Assembly: GCA_024278215.1 (NCBI GenBank)
Contig: JAJRTR010000138.1
Span: 3,747 to 67,746, forward strand
Source of the DNA: a bacterium
GTDB taxonomy: Bacteria; UBP15; UBA6099; JAJRTR01
DNA length: 64,000 bases
Direction of reading: 5' to 3'
This document shows, piece by piece, positions 9,789 through 20,467 of the stretch (its first letter is position 1; every line of letters starts with the position of its first letter). Position numbers and translations under genes: made by a program. A model generated the notes under the pieces. It ran no database searches. It saw only the letters and a list, made by a program, of their open reading frames with translations, and was not told the DNA's origin.

Positions 9789-10703
9789 TTATAATTCAAG
9801 CTTTTTAAAACTGGTAAGCGCTACGAATTCGCCGGCCCTGTTCGCGAGTTCATCGAGTGTCAGCTTGCCGTAGCGATCGACACTGAAGTCCTCGCAACAA
9901 TATGAAGCTGTCGTCGTCCCTGCCACAACAGCCTGTCGCAGAGTTTCGTCGTCGGTGCGGCCCGTTTTCGCCAGATAGCCGATAAAACCACCTGCGAATG
10001 AGTCGCCCGCACCCGTCGGGTCGCATACATGCTCCAGCGGATAGCCCGGGAACATGAAGACCGACTCCTCTGTGACCATCATCACACCGTGTTCGCCTTT
10101 TTTTATCAGAACCAGCTTCGGATTTCCCTCGAGAACCATGCGCGCGGCTTTCAGCAAGTTGGGAGTGCCGCACAACATTCGCGCTTCCTCGTCGTTGAGC
10201 AGAACCGCGTCGACTCGCTCCAGCACTCTGTCCAGCGCGGCGCGATTTCCATCTATCCAGAAATTCATCGTGTCGATTATTGAAAACTCCACATCATCGC
10301 ACTGGTCCAGAACAGACAACTGGAGTTCGGGATCAATATTCGCAAGGAATACAAAACGCGAGTCCCTGTAGCTTTCAGGCAGGACGGGCTCGAATGTTTC
10401 CAGCACATTCAGTTCGGTGGCCAGTGTCGTCCTTATATTTATATCTTCTTCGTATCTCCCGGCCCAGAAAAATGATTTGCCGGAAACTCGCTGCACGCCT
10501 TCTATGTCGACACCACGCCCGACGAGCAGATCGAGATACTGTGCGGGAAAATCCTCGCCGACTACCCCCACCAGCCGCGGCGTACTGAAAAAACTCGCCG
10601 CAAAACCTGCATAGGTACCGGAACCGCCAAGCACACGCTCGGCTTTTCCCCACGGCGTTTCTACTGTGTCGAATGCTACGGTGCCGACTATCAACAAACT
10701 CAT
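9789..10703 (-). CDS. PfkB family carbohydrate/nucleoside kinase
   Basis: LGGSGTY at the N-terminus, DPTGAGDSFAGG signature; start ATG 10703 (MSLLIVG). Confidence 0.92.
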   Translation of the reverse strand: MSLLIVGTVAFDTVETPWGKAERVLGGSGTYAGFAASFFSTPRLVGVVGEDFPAQYLDLLVGRGVDIEGVQRVSGKSFFWAGRYEEDINIRTTLATELNVLETFEPVLPESYRDSRFVFLANIDPELQLSVLDQCDDVEFSIIDTMNFWIDGNRAALDRVLERVDAVLLNDEEARMLCGTPNLLKAARMVLEGNPKLVLIKKGEHGVMMVTEESVFMFPGYPLEHVCDPTGAGDSFAGGFIGYLAKTGRTDDETLRQAVVAGTTTASYCCEDFSVDRYGKLTLDELANRAGEFVALTSFKKLEL

Positions 10704-11254
10704 ATCAAAAAGGATCGTCCAACTTCTTCCCGGTTCACTCATTAACCCCGGCTTTTAACTTCGGGAGCCTGACCTTAACTTTGTATTTAATATAATAGTA
10801 GTGATTATTCTCCAGTAAATATAATTGTTTTTTCTCTTTTTTTCAACAAAATACGAAAAATCTTACCCTGCTTATTGTCAAGAGAATCAGGCTGGCCGAC
10901 ATTCGATTTTTCTCTTTGTCAAACTCGGGACAGCAGTTATAATCCGTATTGTTGAAATATGCTGGACAAAGATTTGTGACTTCTAAATACCTCCGGATCC
11001 CTTCGTCATAATAGTATCAATAGCTTTTTAATTATTTTTCCACAATGAGGCAATCGGTTCTGCCAGGCCATTTCGCTTATGCTCATCATTCCGGGCTGAG
11101 ATCAGGAATCCGGCGTTTTCGTTCTGCAGCCGGTTTGTCTGCCGAATTCATCTGTTCGGAATATCGCCCATGATAAAAACTGTTTTTTGATCGAATTTTT
11201 CATCTATAACAACTATAATAGGAGCTTAAAGAATTTTGATCGGAGGGAAAACGA

Positions 11255-11938
11255 ATGAAACTGCACAGGAATCTGGTTGTTGTAGCGCTGGTATGTGTTT
11301 TTGCGATTTCCGGTATCGGGTGCTCGAACACAGCGGCGGATCAGGACAAAGGAGAAAAAGCAAAAACAATGAGTGAAGCAGAGAAAAGTGAGGCGGCAAA
11401 GGATGTCGGCGGAAAGATGCTTGCTGTAATCGACACATCCAAAGGAAAAATTACTTGCGAACTTTTCCCGGACAAGGCGCCCGAAGGCGTGGCGAATTTC
11501 GTGGGACTCGCTGAGGGCACAAAGGAATACAAGGACCCGAAAACCGGCAAGATGACAAAAAGCCGTTTTTACGACGGTCTCACTTTCCATCGTGTCATCC
11601 CCGGTTTCATGATACAGGGCGGAGACATCAAAGGCGACGGCACGGGCGGTCCCGGCTACATCTTCGACAACGAAGTGCATAAAGACCTGACGTTCGACCG
11701 CCCAGGCAGGCTTGCCTATGCCAACAGGGGGCCGGACACAAACGGCAGCCAGTTCTTTATCACTCTCGCCCCCACGCCTCACCTCAATATGGGATATACG
11801 ATCTTCGGGCAGGTTGTCGAAGGACAGGATGTTGTGAAGGCTATCGGCGATGTCAAGCGTGACCGGCGCGACAAACCGCTCGAACCCGTAACAATCAAGA
11901 AAGTTACAATCATTCGCAAAGATGACGGAAAAAAGTAG
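11255..11938 (+). CDS. Cyclophilin-type peptidyl-prolyl cis-trans isomerase, probable lipoprotein
   Basis: [42 protein letters not shown]; signal peptide with GIGC lipobox-like site. Confidence 0.95.
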   Translation: MKLHRNLVVVALVCVFAISGIGCSNTAADQDKGEKAKTMSEAEKSEAAKDVGGKMLAVIDTSKGKITCELFPDKAPEGVANFVGLAEGTKEYKDPKTGKMTKSRFYDGLTFHRVIPGFMIQGGDIKGDGTGGPGYIFDNEVHKDLTFDRPGRLAYANRGPDTNGSQFFITLAPTPHLNMGYTIFGQVVEGQDVVKAIGDVKRDRRDKPLEPVTIKKVTIIRKDDGKK

Positions 11939-12270
11939 TTCTGTTTTTCATACCGACTCGTTCTACTCGGAGTTTGGAATCACGAAAACCCTGTAACGTC
12001 ATGCGCAGAGGAAAGGGTTTTGTGTATGGCACAACATGGTTTTATATCTATGCGTTTCCACCGTTTCCGGCGGGAACACTATAGGCTGAGCGCGCTGCGT
12101 ACGGGGTTACATTTATTTGCGCCGATTCTGAAAATCGGCGCAGAAAAACCCAAAAACGCAAACCGGGCACATCCGTATCGTTCGTTTTTTTTCATTGTTC
12201 CTGCGCACGTTTTTCTTCACCGCACAACCGGCTTCCTGACGGCGGCCGGTAAAAGCCGAGGGGTCTGCTA

Positions 12271-14874
12271 ATGAAGCTTCGAGATAAAGTTTTCTTCAGT
12301 TCCATAATATCACCTGTTGTGTTTCTCTGCCTGATGATCGTCGTGCTGGGGATATACCAGTGGATGAATATCCGGACGATCAGGGAATCGAACAGGCGCC
12401 GTACGGAAGTTGTCAGGGCGATATACCGTGACATGCGTGTCAGGGCCGGGTCATATGCGGCGCTTGTGGCGGAAAACAAGGAAGTGCAGCAGGGTGTGGA
12501 CAAGGACAGGCGGCGGATCGTCATGCGCGCGCTCGATCCGTACATGGAGAATATCGATGTCGACATCCTTACTGTCTACGACCGCTATGGAACCGTCGTC
12601 GGCAAAGGGCATGACTACAACAGCTACGGACAGGACATGTCTTCAAGCGAATGGCTGAAGACGACACTTGCCGGCAAGCGATTCGACGGCATCACAAAGG
12701 TGGAAAACAACCTGGCACTGATATATTCGAGTCCGGTGATGATGGGCCGCACTGTTTCCGGGGCGGTTTCTGTCGGATACTTCATCAACGATGCGTTCGC
12801 GCGCAGGCTTTCCTCACTTGTGGGCACAGAAGTATTTCTCACCCACGACGGTGAAATCGTCGCCTCTTCTATGGATGAGAACAAGTTCAGGGATTTCAAG
12901 AAATCTACGGTGCGGCTCGAAAAGCTCAACCCGTCCACCAGAAAACTGTCGCTCGATGGAAAGAGTTACGATGTTTCATTTCTTGAAATACAGAATGATG
13001 CAAACAGCAGGACGGGGCTCTACCTTGTAAAAGACAACACGGAATTGCGAAGGACGCTTCTTATCGTTATCGTCCTGTGTTTCGGCGCAATCGGGATCAT
13101 ATTCCTGATACTCTGGAAGAAGGCGAGGAAATTCGCTGTCGAGCTCACGCAGCCTATCGAAAGGATCGAGAAGCAGGCGGCGAAAGTGGCACACGGTGAT
13201 CTGGATGTATCGCCTCTGGAGATTACTACGCAGGATGAGATCGGCAACCTGACAGGGTCTTTCAACACGATGGTGTCGAACCTTCGCGAGATGGTCGATA
13301 AGGACAAGCGCCGGCGCGATTATCTCGTGGGCCGTGTCGACGAACTCCTGCAATTCATTGAAGCCGCTTCCGGCGGCGATCTCGAAGTAAGAATGGAAGT
13401 CAAGGGCGACGACGCTTTCGACCAGATCGCGAAAGCTCTCAACAGTATGGTTGAAGACTTGCAGACGATGATAGACCGCGACCATTCGCAGCGTGAATAT
13501 CTCGAGCACAAAATCAGCGAACTGCTTGTTATTATCAATGCCGCCGCTTGCGGTGATTTCTCTTTGAGATATGAAGGTTCGGACACAGATGAAATAGGCC
13601 GGCTCGGCATGGCGCTGACAACGATGATTTCAGAATTGCGCGACATGATCGAAGACAATAATTCGCGGCGCGAGTATATGGAGGTCCAGGTATCCCGGTT
13701 GCTCGATGTAATCGAGTGCGCTGCACGCGGCGACTTCAGCCGGGAATTCAAAGGCGGGCGCGACGACGAGATCGGGCGGCTCGGCATGGCGCTCAACCGG
13801 ATGACGGCCGATCTCAGGGTAAAGATCGAGCAGATAGAATCGCTGAAAGCACAGGACCGTCGGCAGAAGGAAAAACTCGAGGCCCAGATACGCGACATAC
13901 AGGGAATCGTAGCGCGTGCGGCCGAGGGCGACATCACCGTCAGGCTTCATATAGACAACGACAACGAACTTATCACCGGCCTGAAGAAAAACATCAACCT
14001 TATGTTCCAGGGCCTCAGGGATATTGTCGCGAAAGTCCGCGAGAGCGCGGATGCTGTCGAGAGCACAAGCCATGAGATCAGGGAAATAACTTTCCAACTC
14101 CAAGAAGGCGCTGAAAAGCAAATGCTTTCCATTGAAGAAACCTCTGCATTTGTCGGCTCGATGGCGGACTCGATGGAGATGGTCACGCAGCACTCCGAAG
14201 ATGTTCTGCGCCTGTCGCTCGAGTCCAACGAAGGCGTTGTGGAGGGCGGCAAAACAATAAAGACCACCGTCGGCGGCATCAACCAGGTCGGTGCCGCGAT
14301 GTCCGACATCGAAATCGTCATGGGAGACCTCGAAAGCAGCGCCGAGGAGATCGACGGTATCGTGAAAGTCATCGACGAAATCTCGGACCAGACAAATCTG
14401 CTCGCGCTCAACGCCGCCATCGAAGCCGCGCGCGCCGGCGAATATGGACGCGGATTCTCTGTGGTCGCCCAGGAAATCAGCTCGCTCGCTCATAAAAGCG
14501 TCGAGTCGACACGCGAAATCACCCTCATCGTTCGCCGCATCCAGGAGAGGGTGAAGAAAGCGACGATCAACACGGCCCGCGGCCGCGAACGCGCCGCAGA
14601 AGGCATCGAGCTTGCAGACCGCGCCGGTAAGGCCCTCGACGACATCGTCGGCTCTATCGATAATGTCACAAATCTCGTTCGCGAAACCGCGGACTCTATC
14701 AACAAACGGCGCGGCGAAACGAATCAGATACGCAGCTCGATGAAGGAAATGCGCGTCATCTCCGAGGAGTCCGCCGCGCTTGCATCGAAAACCTCGGATG
14801 CCGTTGAAAACCTCACACGCCTGTCCCGGGAACTCGAAGAGCTCGTGGACAGAATACGTATCGGCACAGAGTGA
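12271..14874 (+). CDS. Methyl-accepting chemotaxis protein (Cache-like sensor, tandem HAMP domains)
   Basis: Two TM helices, repeated HAMP motifs (GD..DEIG..), signalling tip [27 protein letters not shown]. Confidence 0.95.
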   Translation: MKLRDKVFFSSIISPVVFLCLMIVVLGIYQWMNIRTIRESNRRRTEVVRAIYRDMRVRAGSYAALVAENKEVQQGVDKDRRRIVMRALDPYMENIDVDILTVYDRYGTVVGKGHDYNSYGQDMSSSEWLKTTLAGKRFDGITKVENNLALIYSSPVMMGRTVSGAVSVGYFINDAFARRLSSLVGTEVFLTHDGEIVASSMDENKFRDFKKSTVRLEKLNPSTRKLSLDGKSYDVSFLEIQNDANSRTGLYLVKDNTELRRTLLIVIVLCFGAIGIIFLILWKKARKFAVELTQPIERIEKQAAKVAHGDLDVSPLEITTQDEIGNLTGSFNTMVSNLREMVDKDKRRRDYLVGRVDELLQFIEAASGGDLEVRMEVKGDDAFDQIAKALNSMVEDLQTMIDRDHSQREYLEHKISELLVIINAAACGDFSLRYEGSDTDEIGRLGMALTTMISELRDMIEDNNSRREYMEVQVSRLLDVIECAARGDFSREFKGGRDDEIGRLGMALNRMTADLRVKIEQIESLKAQDRRQKEKLEAQIRDIQGIVARAAEGDITVRLHIDNDNELITGLKKNINLMFQGLRDIVAKVRESADAVESTSHEIREITFQLQEGAEKQMLSIEETSAFVGSMADSMEMVTQHSEDVLRLSLESNEGVVEGGKTIKTTVGGINQVGAAMSDIEIVMGDLESSAEEIDGIVKVIDEISDQTNLLALNAAIEAARAGEYGRGFSVVAQEISSLAHKSVESTREITLIVRRIQERVKKATINTARGRERAAEGIELADRAGKALDDIVGSIDNVTNLVRETADSINKRRGETNQIRSSMKEMRVISEESAALASKTSDAVENLTRLSRELEELVDRIRIGTE

Positions 14875-14929
14875 TGACGCGCCGTCCGGAGTTGGGCGTT
14901 TACCTCGTTCCCAGTGCATCCCCGGAACA

Positions 14930-14995
14930 CCGCAACGGACGTAGAATAGGCGTTATCCCGATTTTTCGGATTTCTTTGTGAGAAATCCGGGTTAA
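14930..14995 (-). repeat. Partial MITE family B end
   Basis: CGGATTTCTTTGTGAGAAATCCGGGTTAA and upstream bases match the end of the copy at 51046-51251. Confidence 0.7.
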
Positions 14996-15048
14996 AGTTT
15001 TCAGCGAAACAGGGGTCTGAAGATACTCAGTGACAGAATGGAGGCAGT

Positions 15049-16227
15049 ATGAAAACAGGAAATATTATTCTCGTCGTTTTGACATCTATATTATTGCCGC
15101 TATCGCTTATGCAATTGCCGGCACATGCGGAAGCCGACAGCTACACGCCGCAGGTGAGCCTGCCGGTCGACGAACTGCCTCACGCGGGGCAACAGGCGGA
15201 GTGGTGGTATTACAGCGGCCACCTCGAAGATGAAGACGGTCACGGATACGGCGTGATGGCAAGTTTTTTCATCGCCCGCATGGGGAACCTTCCCGCCACG
15301 CATTTCGTGATATATGCGCTTACCGAAAAGGACTCGAAAACCTTCCACAGCGAATCTCTTATACAGCGCGGGATGATCGACATGATGAAGATGGTAGTCC
15401 AGAACCCGCCCGCGGCTATAAAAGATGTTGTCGACCCATCACTCGCGGACATCGACGAGATCAAAAAATATCACAGGATCATGAAAGAAAAACCCAGGGT
15501 GAAGAAAGACGTCCTCGCGATAAAATATGGCGATAATTATTTCAGGAAAACTAAAGAATCATCTGCCGACACGAAAACGTGGGAGTATCGCACAAAACTC
15601 GTGGGCGACGGTTTCACGGTCGAACTGAAAATGGTGCCGACACGAAACCCGATGTATGTGGGCGGCGACGGCAACGTCGGCATGGCCGCGGGCGAGGATA
15701 TGTACTACTACTCGATCACGCGGCTCGCAACCAGCGGTAAAATCACTGTCGGCGGCACGGAACACACAGTGAAGGGCACTATGTGGTACGATCACCAGTT
15801 CGGCTCGATGGGCGGCCCCGAAAAACCTGTGGGTTGGGACTGGTTCTGTCTCCAACTCGACAACGGCACAGACTTGAACCTGTCGGCGATACGCGACCTG
15901 ACGGCGAACGGCAGGCGGTTCAACCGGCTGGGAACTATTCAGTACGATGATGGCCGGACCTCCGTTGTGCATGACCTGACGATAGAAACACTTGACCGTT
16001 GGACAAGCCCGGAAACCGGGGTAACTTACCCTGTAGGATGGAGAGTCGCATTGCCTTCATTAAAAGCCGTATTCACCGTGATCCCCGACATGAACGCGCA
16101 GGAGATGCACACTTACGGCCCATTCAAATCTATATGGGAAGGCTCATGCACTGTCGAAGGTGAAATGGATGGCCGGCCCGTCTCCGGAAATGGATACACG
16201 GAACTCACCGGCTATTCAGTACCATAG
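15049..16227 (+). CDS. Secreted CrtC/AttH-like lipocalin-fold protein
   Basis: Signal peptide; EWWYYSG, YYYSITR, WYDHQFG, GWDWFCLQL, WEGSC and GYTELTGY motifs. Confidence 0.85.
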   Translation: MKTGNIILVVLTSILLPLSLMQLPAHAEADSYTPQVSLPVDELPHAGQQAEWWYYSGHLEDEDGHGYGVMASFFIARMGNLPATHFVIYALTEKDSKTFHSESLIQRGMIDMMKMVVQNPPAAIKDVVDPSLADIDEIKKYHRIMKEKPRVKKDVLAIKYGDNYFRKTKESSADTKTWEYRTKLVGDGFTVELKMVPTRNPMYVGGDGNVGMAAGEDMYYYSITRLATSGKITVGGTEHTVKGTMWYDHQFGSMGGPEKPVGWDWFCLQLDNGTDLNLSAIRDLTANGRRFNRLGTIQYDDGRTSVVHDLTIETLDRWTSPETGVTYPVGWRVALPSLKAVFTVIPDMNAQEMHTYGPFKSIWEGSCTVEGEMDGRPVSGNGYTELTGYSVP

Positions 16228-16334
16228 AGCCGGCTGCCGGAAACCGGAAGCGCCTGCTTTCGCCGTAAGGTTTTTTCGACAACATCCTGTCGCATACGGC
16301 GAAATAAGGGCCTGATGTTTTTCGGATGTGATCG

Positions 16335-17129
16335 TCAGCCTTTTCCGGGCCGCGCCGCAATGAAAAGGTTCGATCTGAACGAAGGCATCAGCGCTGTCAC
16401 CGCATAATATAAACGCCTCATGAGATTTCCGGCGGTGCCCCGGTTCTCGCCGGCGAAATTATAAAACCCTTTTTCAACAACGTCTAATCCGGCCATTCCT
16501 GCAAGCTGCTCCATGTCGGACATCGTGTATTCCCTGTTGTGGCATTTATACGGCGCGACATTAACAAGCACTTCGACAGGTGTATAGATGTTGCGGCCCG
16601 ACATGAAACGTATCCGGTTTGACAGTGATGCTACATTAGGCGTGGTTAGAAATATCAAGCCTGTCGGTTTCAGTACTCTCCTGATCTCCTTAAGGCACGG
16701 CAGTGGAGAACCCAGCAGATGCTCGATTGTTTCATTCATCATAACCGCATCGAAACTATTGTCGCTGAACGGCAACGGCTCGTTGACAATGTCCGACTTC
16801 ACAACAGGTATTCTCATGTCAGAAAACAGGTTTGTGTCTTCAGCACCCGTTGCTACGGGAAAACGCATGTCAGGATAAAGATCGACCCCGACAGCTTCGC
16901 AGCCACAACGCCGCATAAGTTCAGTGAACAGGCCCGGCGAGGCGCCGGCATCAAGTATCCTGCCTCCATCGGGGACGCAGTCTGCAATTTTCTCGAGCAG
17001 AAAAACATATCTGTTCTTCATCTCGCGCAGGTATGCTTCGTGCTCCGTTCCAAGCACCTGCACAAGCAGTTCATCCAGTAACTTTTTCTTATCGAGTGAT
17101 GATTTCATAAGTATATTAGATTCTATCAT
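16335..17129 (-). CDS. Class I SAM-dependent methyltransferase
   Basis: ILDAGASPG, LPFSDNSFD, IEHL, RVLKPTG, TTPN motifs. Confidence 0.88.
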   Translation of the reverse strand: MIESNILMKSSLDKKKLLDELLVQVLGTEHEAYLREMKNRYVFLLEKIADCVPDGGRILDAGASPGLFTELMRRCGCEAVGVDLYPDMRFPVATGAEDTNLFSDMRIPVVKSDIVNEPLPFSDNSFDAVMMNETIEHLLGSPLPCLKEIRRVLKPTGLIFLTTPNVASLSNRIRFMSGRNIYTPVEVLVNVAPYKCHNREYTMSDMEQLAGMAGLDVVEKGFYNFAGENRGTAGNLMRRLYYAVTALMPSFRSNLFIAARPGKG

Positions 17130-17199
17130 AGTACATCCGGAGAAGAAACATCTCGAAATGTCGGATGCAAAAACGGTCGGAGTATTCCGGTTTTATTCG

Positions 17200-17208
17200 T
17201 GCTATAAT
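17200..17208 (+). promoter_or_regulatory. Extended -10 element upstream of fabH
   Basis: TGCTATAAT (TGn-TATAAT) 33 bp before the ATG; GGAG RBS present. Confidence 0.55.
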
Positions 17209-17241
17209 GAAGCGTGAAACGAACTGTACTGTGGAGAAACT

Positions 17242-18225
17242 ATGGACAATATAAGAGATGCTTATATATCAGGTGTGGGATCATATTTGCCGAAACGTAT
17301 TCTCGGAAACACTGAGCTGGAAAACAGGCTGGGACTCGAAACGGGCTGGATCGAAAAGAAGACAGGTGTAAAAAGAAGGCACATCGCCGACGAGGGCGAG
17401 TGTGTATCCGACATGGCCGCCGCAGCGGGACGCGCCGCGATCGAGGATGCCGGTCTTACTCCTGATGATCTTGATATGATCATCGTTTCATCGTCAATGG
17501 GCGATATGTTTTTTCCGTCTACCGCATGTCTTGTCCAGAGCAAACTCGGCGCGAAATGCCCGGCTTTCGATGTCAACAACGCATGTTCCGGCTTCATTTA
17601 CGGGCTTGCAGTGGCCGAATCGTTCACGGCCCGCGGCACGTGCGGCAATATACTTGTGGCGGCGGCTGAAACTATGTCGCGGATGATCGACTGGAACGAC
17701 TACCGAACAAGTATTCTGTTCGGCGACGGCGCGGGCGCATGTATAGTATCGTCGAGCGGCCGCCGGCGGCTTGCCGGGTTTCATCTTGGAGCGGACGGTT
17801 CAGGCGCTGAGGTCCTTAAGCTGCCCGGCGGCGGGTCGCGCAGACCTGCGTCCGGGAATATGCTGAAGGACGGAGAGAATACTGTATACATGGAAGGCGG
17901 CGCGGTTTTCAGGTTCGCTATGAAGATAATCGCTGATTGTGTCCGCGAAGTAACAGCGGGCGCGGGGGTCGAGACTTCCGCATTATCCATGATCGTTCCA
18001 CACCAGTCGAACATTGCAATAATACGGGAAGCGGCAAAGATTCTCGATGTGCCGCTGGAAATGTTTCACATGAATTTAAGTGAAGTCGGGAACACTGCGT
18101 CTGCGTCTGTGCCCATTGCGCTCGATGATGCGAAAAAGAAAAATATAGTTCAAGATAACAGCAGGATAGTTCTCGTGTCTTATGGGGCCGGTCTCGCGTA
18201 TGCGGCGGCATTGGTCGAGTGGTAA
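17242..18225 (+). CDS. fabH: 3-oxoacyl-ACP synthase III
   Basis: Catalytic Cys in NACSGF, ILFGDGAGA, PHQSN, GNTASAS. Confidence 0.95.
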   Translation: MDNIRDAYISGVGSYLPKRILGNTELENRLGLETGWIEKKTGVKRRHIADEGECVSDMAAAAGRAAIEDAGLTPDDLDMIIVSSSMGDMFFPSTACLVQSKLGAKCPAFDVNNACSGFIYGLAVAESFTARGTCGNILVAAAETMSRMIDWNDYRTSILFGDGAGACIVSSSGRRRLAGFHLGADGSGAEVLKLPGGGSRRPASGNMLKDGENTVYMEGGAVFRFAMKIIADCVREVTAGAGVETSALSMIVPHQSNIAIIREAAKILDVPLEMFHMNLSEVGNTASASVPIALDDAKKKNIVQDNSRIVLVSYGAGLAYAAALVEW

Positions 18226-18250
18226 TCAGGAAATTATTTGCGAGCCGAAT

Positions 18251-18889
18251 TCACATGGAGGAAATCTTATCTCTGTAACTGTAGATGTCGTTGATGTAGC
18301 GGCGTGCCGAACTGGGGACTCCGCCGACGCGCTTGACAGTACCGGGCCCCTGGAGATAGGAGGCTATCGCCCTGTCCGTCTGGTCTGAGTAGCCGGACCA
18401 TTTGTCGAGCATTCTTTTAAAGTATCCTATGGAACCACGTAGATTTTGCTGGATGTCGAAAGGATCGGAGACGCCCATTTCGCGGGCTGTCGAGTCGATG
18501 AGCTGGCCCAGTCCTTTTGCGCCGGTGCGTGATACGGCACGAGGGTTGTAGCCTGATTCGCGCGCGATAAGCGCGGCGGCAAGTTCGGGCTGGATGCAAT
18601 TGGCCTGTGCATAAACAACTATGTAATAAGCCACATCGCTAAGCACCTGCTCGGTAACGATGGGCTTCCTGTACAACTGTTTGCCGAAACGTATGATTTT
18701 CGATTTTACGGTTTCGTCCACGACAACACTTTCCGGGCTCTGGCAGGCATAGCCGTATGGATACCCGGTTCTGATGTCCGGGCTGACAATCGGCGCGGGT
18801 ATAGGAGGCGGGGGAACTCGATTTTTATGTTTCTTGCCGAAGAGGCTGAATAATGCTACTACCGCTACTACTGCCGCTGCTGTTTTCAT
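18251..18889 (-). CDS. Lytic transglycosylase (SLT domain)
   Basis: ARESGYNPRAVSRTGAKGLGQL, DPFDIQQN, IASY motifs; N-terminal hydrophobic anchor. Confidence 0.9.
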   Translation of the reverse strand: MKTAAAVVAVVALFSLFGKKHKNRVPPPPIPAPIVSPDIRTGYPYGYACQSPESVVVDETVKSKIIRFGKQLYRKPIVTEQVLSDVAYYIVVYAQANCIQPELAAALIARESGYNPRAVSRTGAKGLGQLIDSTAREMGVSDPFDIQQNLRGSIGYFKRMLDKWSGYSDQTDRAIASYLQGPGTVKRVGGVPSSARRYINDIYSYRDKISSM

Positions 18890-19039
18890 AGTCCGGACCC
18901 CGTTGCATGTTTTATTTTCATAATTGTTTTACTTTTTTCATCATCATTACGAAGCTCCTGCTTCGTACACGCTGATTCTGAAAGCTCCGGATCTCACCGT
19001 AAAAGTTTCAGAGAAAAATTCTGTGGAACGTACAGTTAT

Positions 19040-19146
19040 GAGCCAGTTGCAAAATTCTGATTCTGCGGCGGTCGGCTGCAATTGTCCATAGCTGCGTTGT
19101 CGGCATAAAATCGTCCTCGCTACAAACATAATTTTGCAATTGGCTC
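19040..19146 (-). mobile_element. MITE family A, internally deleted copy
   Basis: TIRs GAGCCAGTTGCAAAATT / AATTTTGCAATTGGCTC; interior matches the copies at 42943-43097 and 50149-50326. Confidence 0.8.
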
Positions 19147-19175
19147 TTTCATCTTTTCTTTGTTGACACGACCCC

Positions 19176-20405
19176 CTAGTAATGAATCACCTCGGAAACT
19201 ATTGTCGTTTTGTAGCCCATACTTGTAATTTCACGCGCCTTGTTTGCCGCGGTGTTTTTGTTTGTGTAATGGCCCACAGTCAGCCAGTATATCGACTGTC
19301 CGTGGCTCACTGTCTTTTTGATCTCGGGAGAGAGTGTCATCACTTTGAGCTTCCCGGCAAGCTTCCGGAGCGGTTCCACTGTCTTCGACTCTTTCACGAG
19401 CACCATATAGAACCTCTTGGAAAGATTGAATTCTTCTTCCGCCATACTTCTTTTGCTTTTTTCCATTTCAGGAGTATCGTCGAGCAGGGACTTGCTGACA
19501 CCAGCCGATTTCCCGCCGGGCCAGTCGAACAGTACATCTGAGGCATTATACTTTTTCGCGGTTATGTCGGAAACATCTATAAGCGAGTTGCTCTGCGGAA
19601 GGCTCTTGTATTCGTATAAAGAATGTGATTTATGATTTCCTTTTTTAGTGATTGTGATTTTCCGGTGCTGGTCGGTGATCCCGCCCGATGCTTTCTCCTG
19701 ATTCGCAGTATTGCCCGTATTATCAAATTGCTTTACAGCAGAAGCCTGCTTTTTCTGTATATGTTTCCGTGCCGGTTTCGGTGCAGCCTTAATTGAAGTT
19801 TTCGACGCCGCCGGTTTAGTGGCCGCCGGTCTAGCGGCGACTTTCGGAGCAGTGGCTTTCTTCGCTGCTTGTGCCTGCTTTTTCTGTGTCAGCGTAGCGG
19901 CGTCTTTCTTACCGGATTGTGCAGCGGCGTTTTTTGCCTGTTGCGCGGACACGGGCTGCCCTGTTCTACCCGTGTTTTTTATGGCGCCGACCGGACGGCC
20001 TTTTGCCTTAGTGGCATTGGCCGTTACGTTTTGTTTTGCAGCATTATTCCTACCGCTTGCCGCTTTACGCGCTGCCGGTCCCTGCAAAACCGGACCGCCC
20101 TTCTTTACAGCGCCGCGTGTCGTGGATGAGGGGTAAAACGCATTGAAAGCGAGTGTGCCGGCGACAGCCAGCACTACAACGACGAGCACGGCAATAAGGA
20201 CTGTTTTATTCTTTCCGCCCGAAGCATCGCCACCACCTGCCGGGGCGGGTTTTCGCAGTTTAGTTTTTTTCTTCGTGTTCTTACCGGGGATAGACAACTT
20301 TCCGCCTGAAGCACCGGGCAAAGGCGGCGGCTGAACATTGTTGTCGGCCGGTTGGGACGGCGGCTGATTTTCAGGGGGTGCGCCCATATCATTTTCCTCG
20401 TTCAT
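19176..20405 (-). CDS. Membrane-anchored SPOR-domain protein
   Basis: Pro-rich N-terminus, one TM helix, Ala/Lys-rich linker, C-terminal YWLTVGHYTNKNTAANKAREI SPOR-like repeat. Confidence 0.7.
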   Translation of the reverse strand: MNEENDMGAPPENQPPSQPADNNVQPPPLPGASGGKLSIPGKNTKKKTKLRKPAPAGGGDASGGKNKTVLIAVLVVVVLAVAGTLAFNAFYPSSTTRGAVKKGGPVLQGPAARKAASGRNNAAKQNVTANATKAKGRPVGAIKNTGRTGQPVSAQQAKNAAAQSGKKDAATLTQKKQAQAAKKATAPKVAARPAATKPAASKTSIKAAPKPARKHIQKKQASAVKQFDNTGNTANQEKASGGITDQHRKITITKKGNHKSHSLYEYKSLPQSNSLIDVSDITAKKYNASDVLFDWPGGKSAGVSKSLLDDTPEMEKSKRSMAEEEFNLSKRFYMVLVKESKTVEPLRKLAGKLKVMTLSPEIKKTVSHGQSIYWLTVGHYTNKNTAANKAREITSMGYKTTIVSEVIHY

Positions 20406-20467
20406 TATGTTTTGTATTGTATAACTACGATATTATATCATACCATTTTTTGCAATATGTTTTCTTT

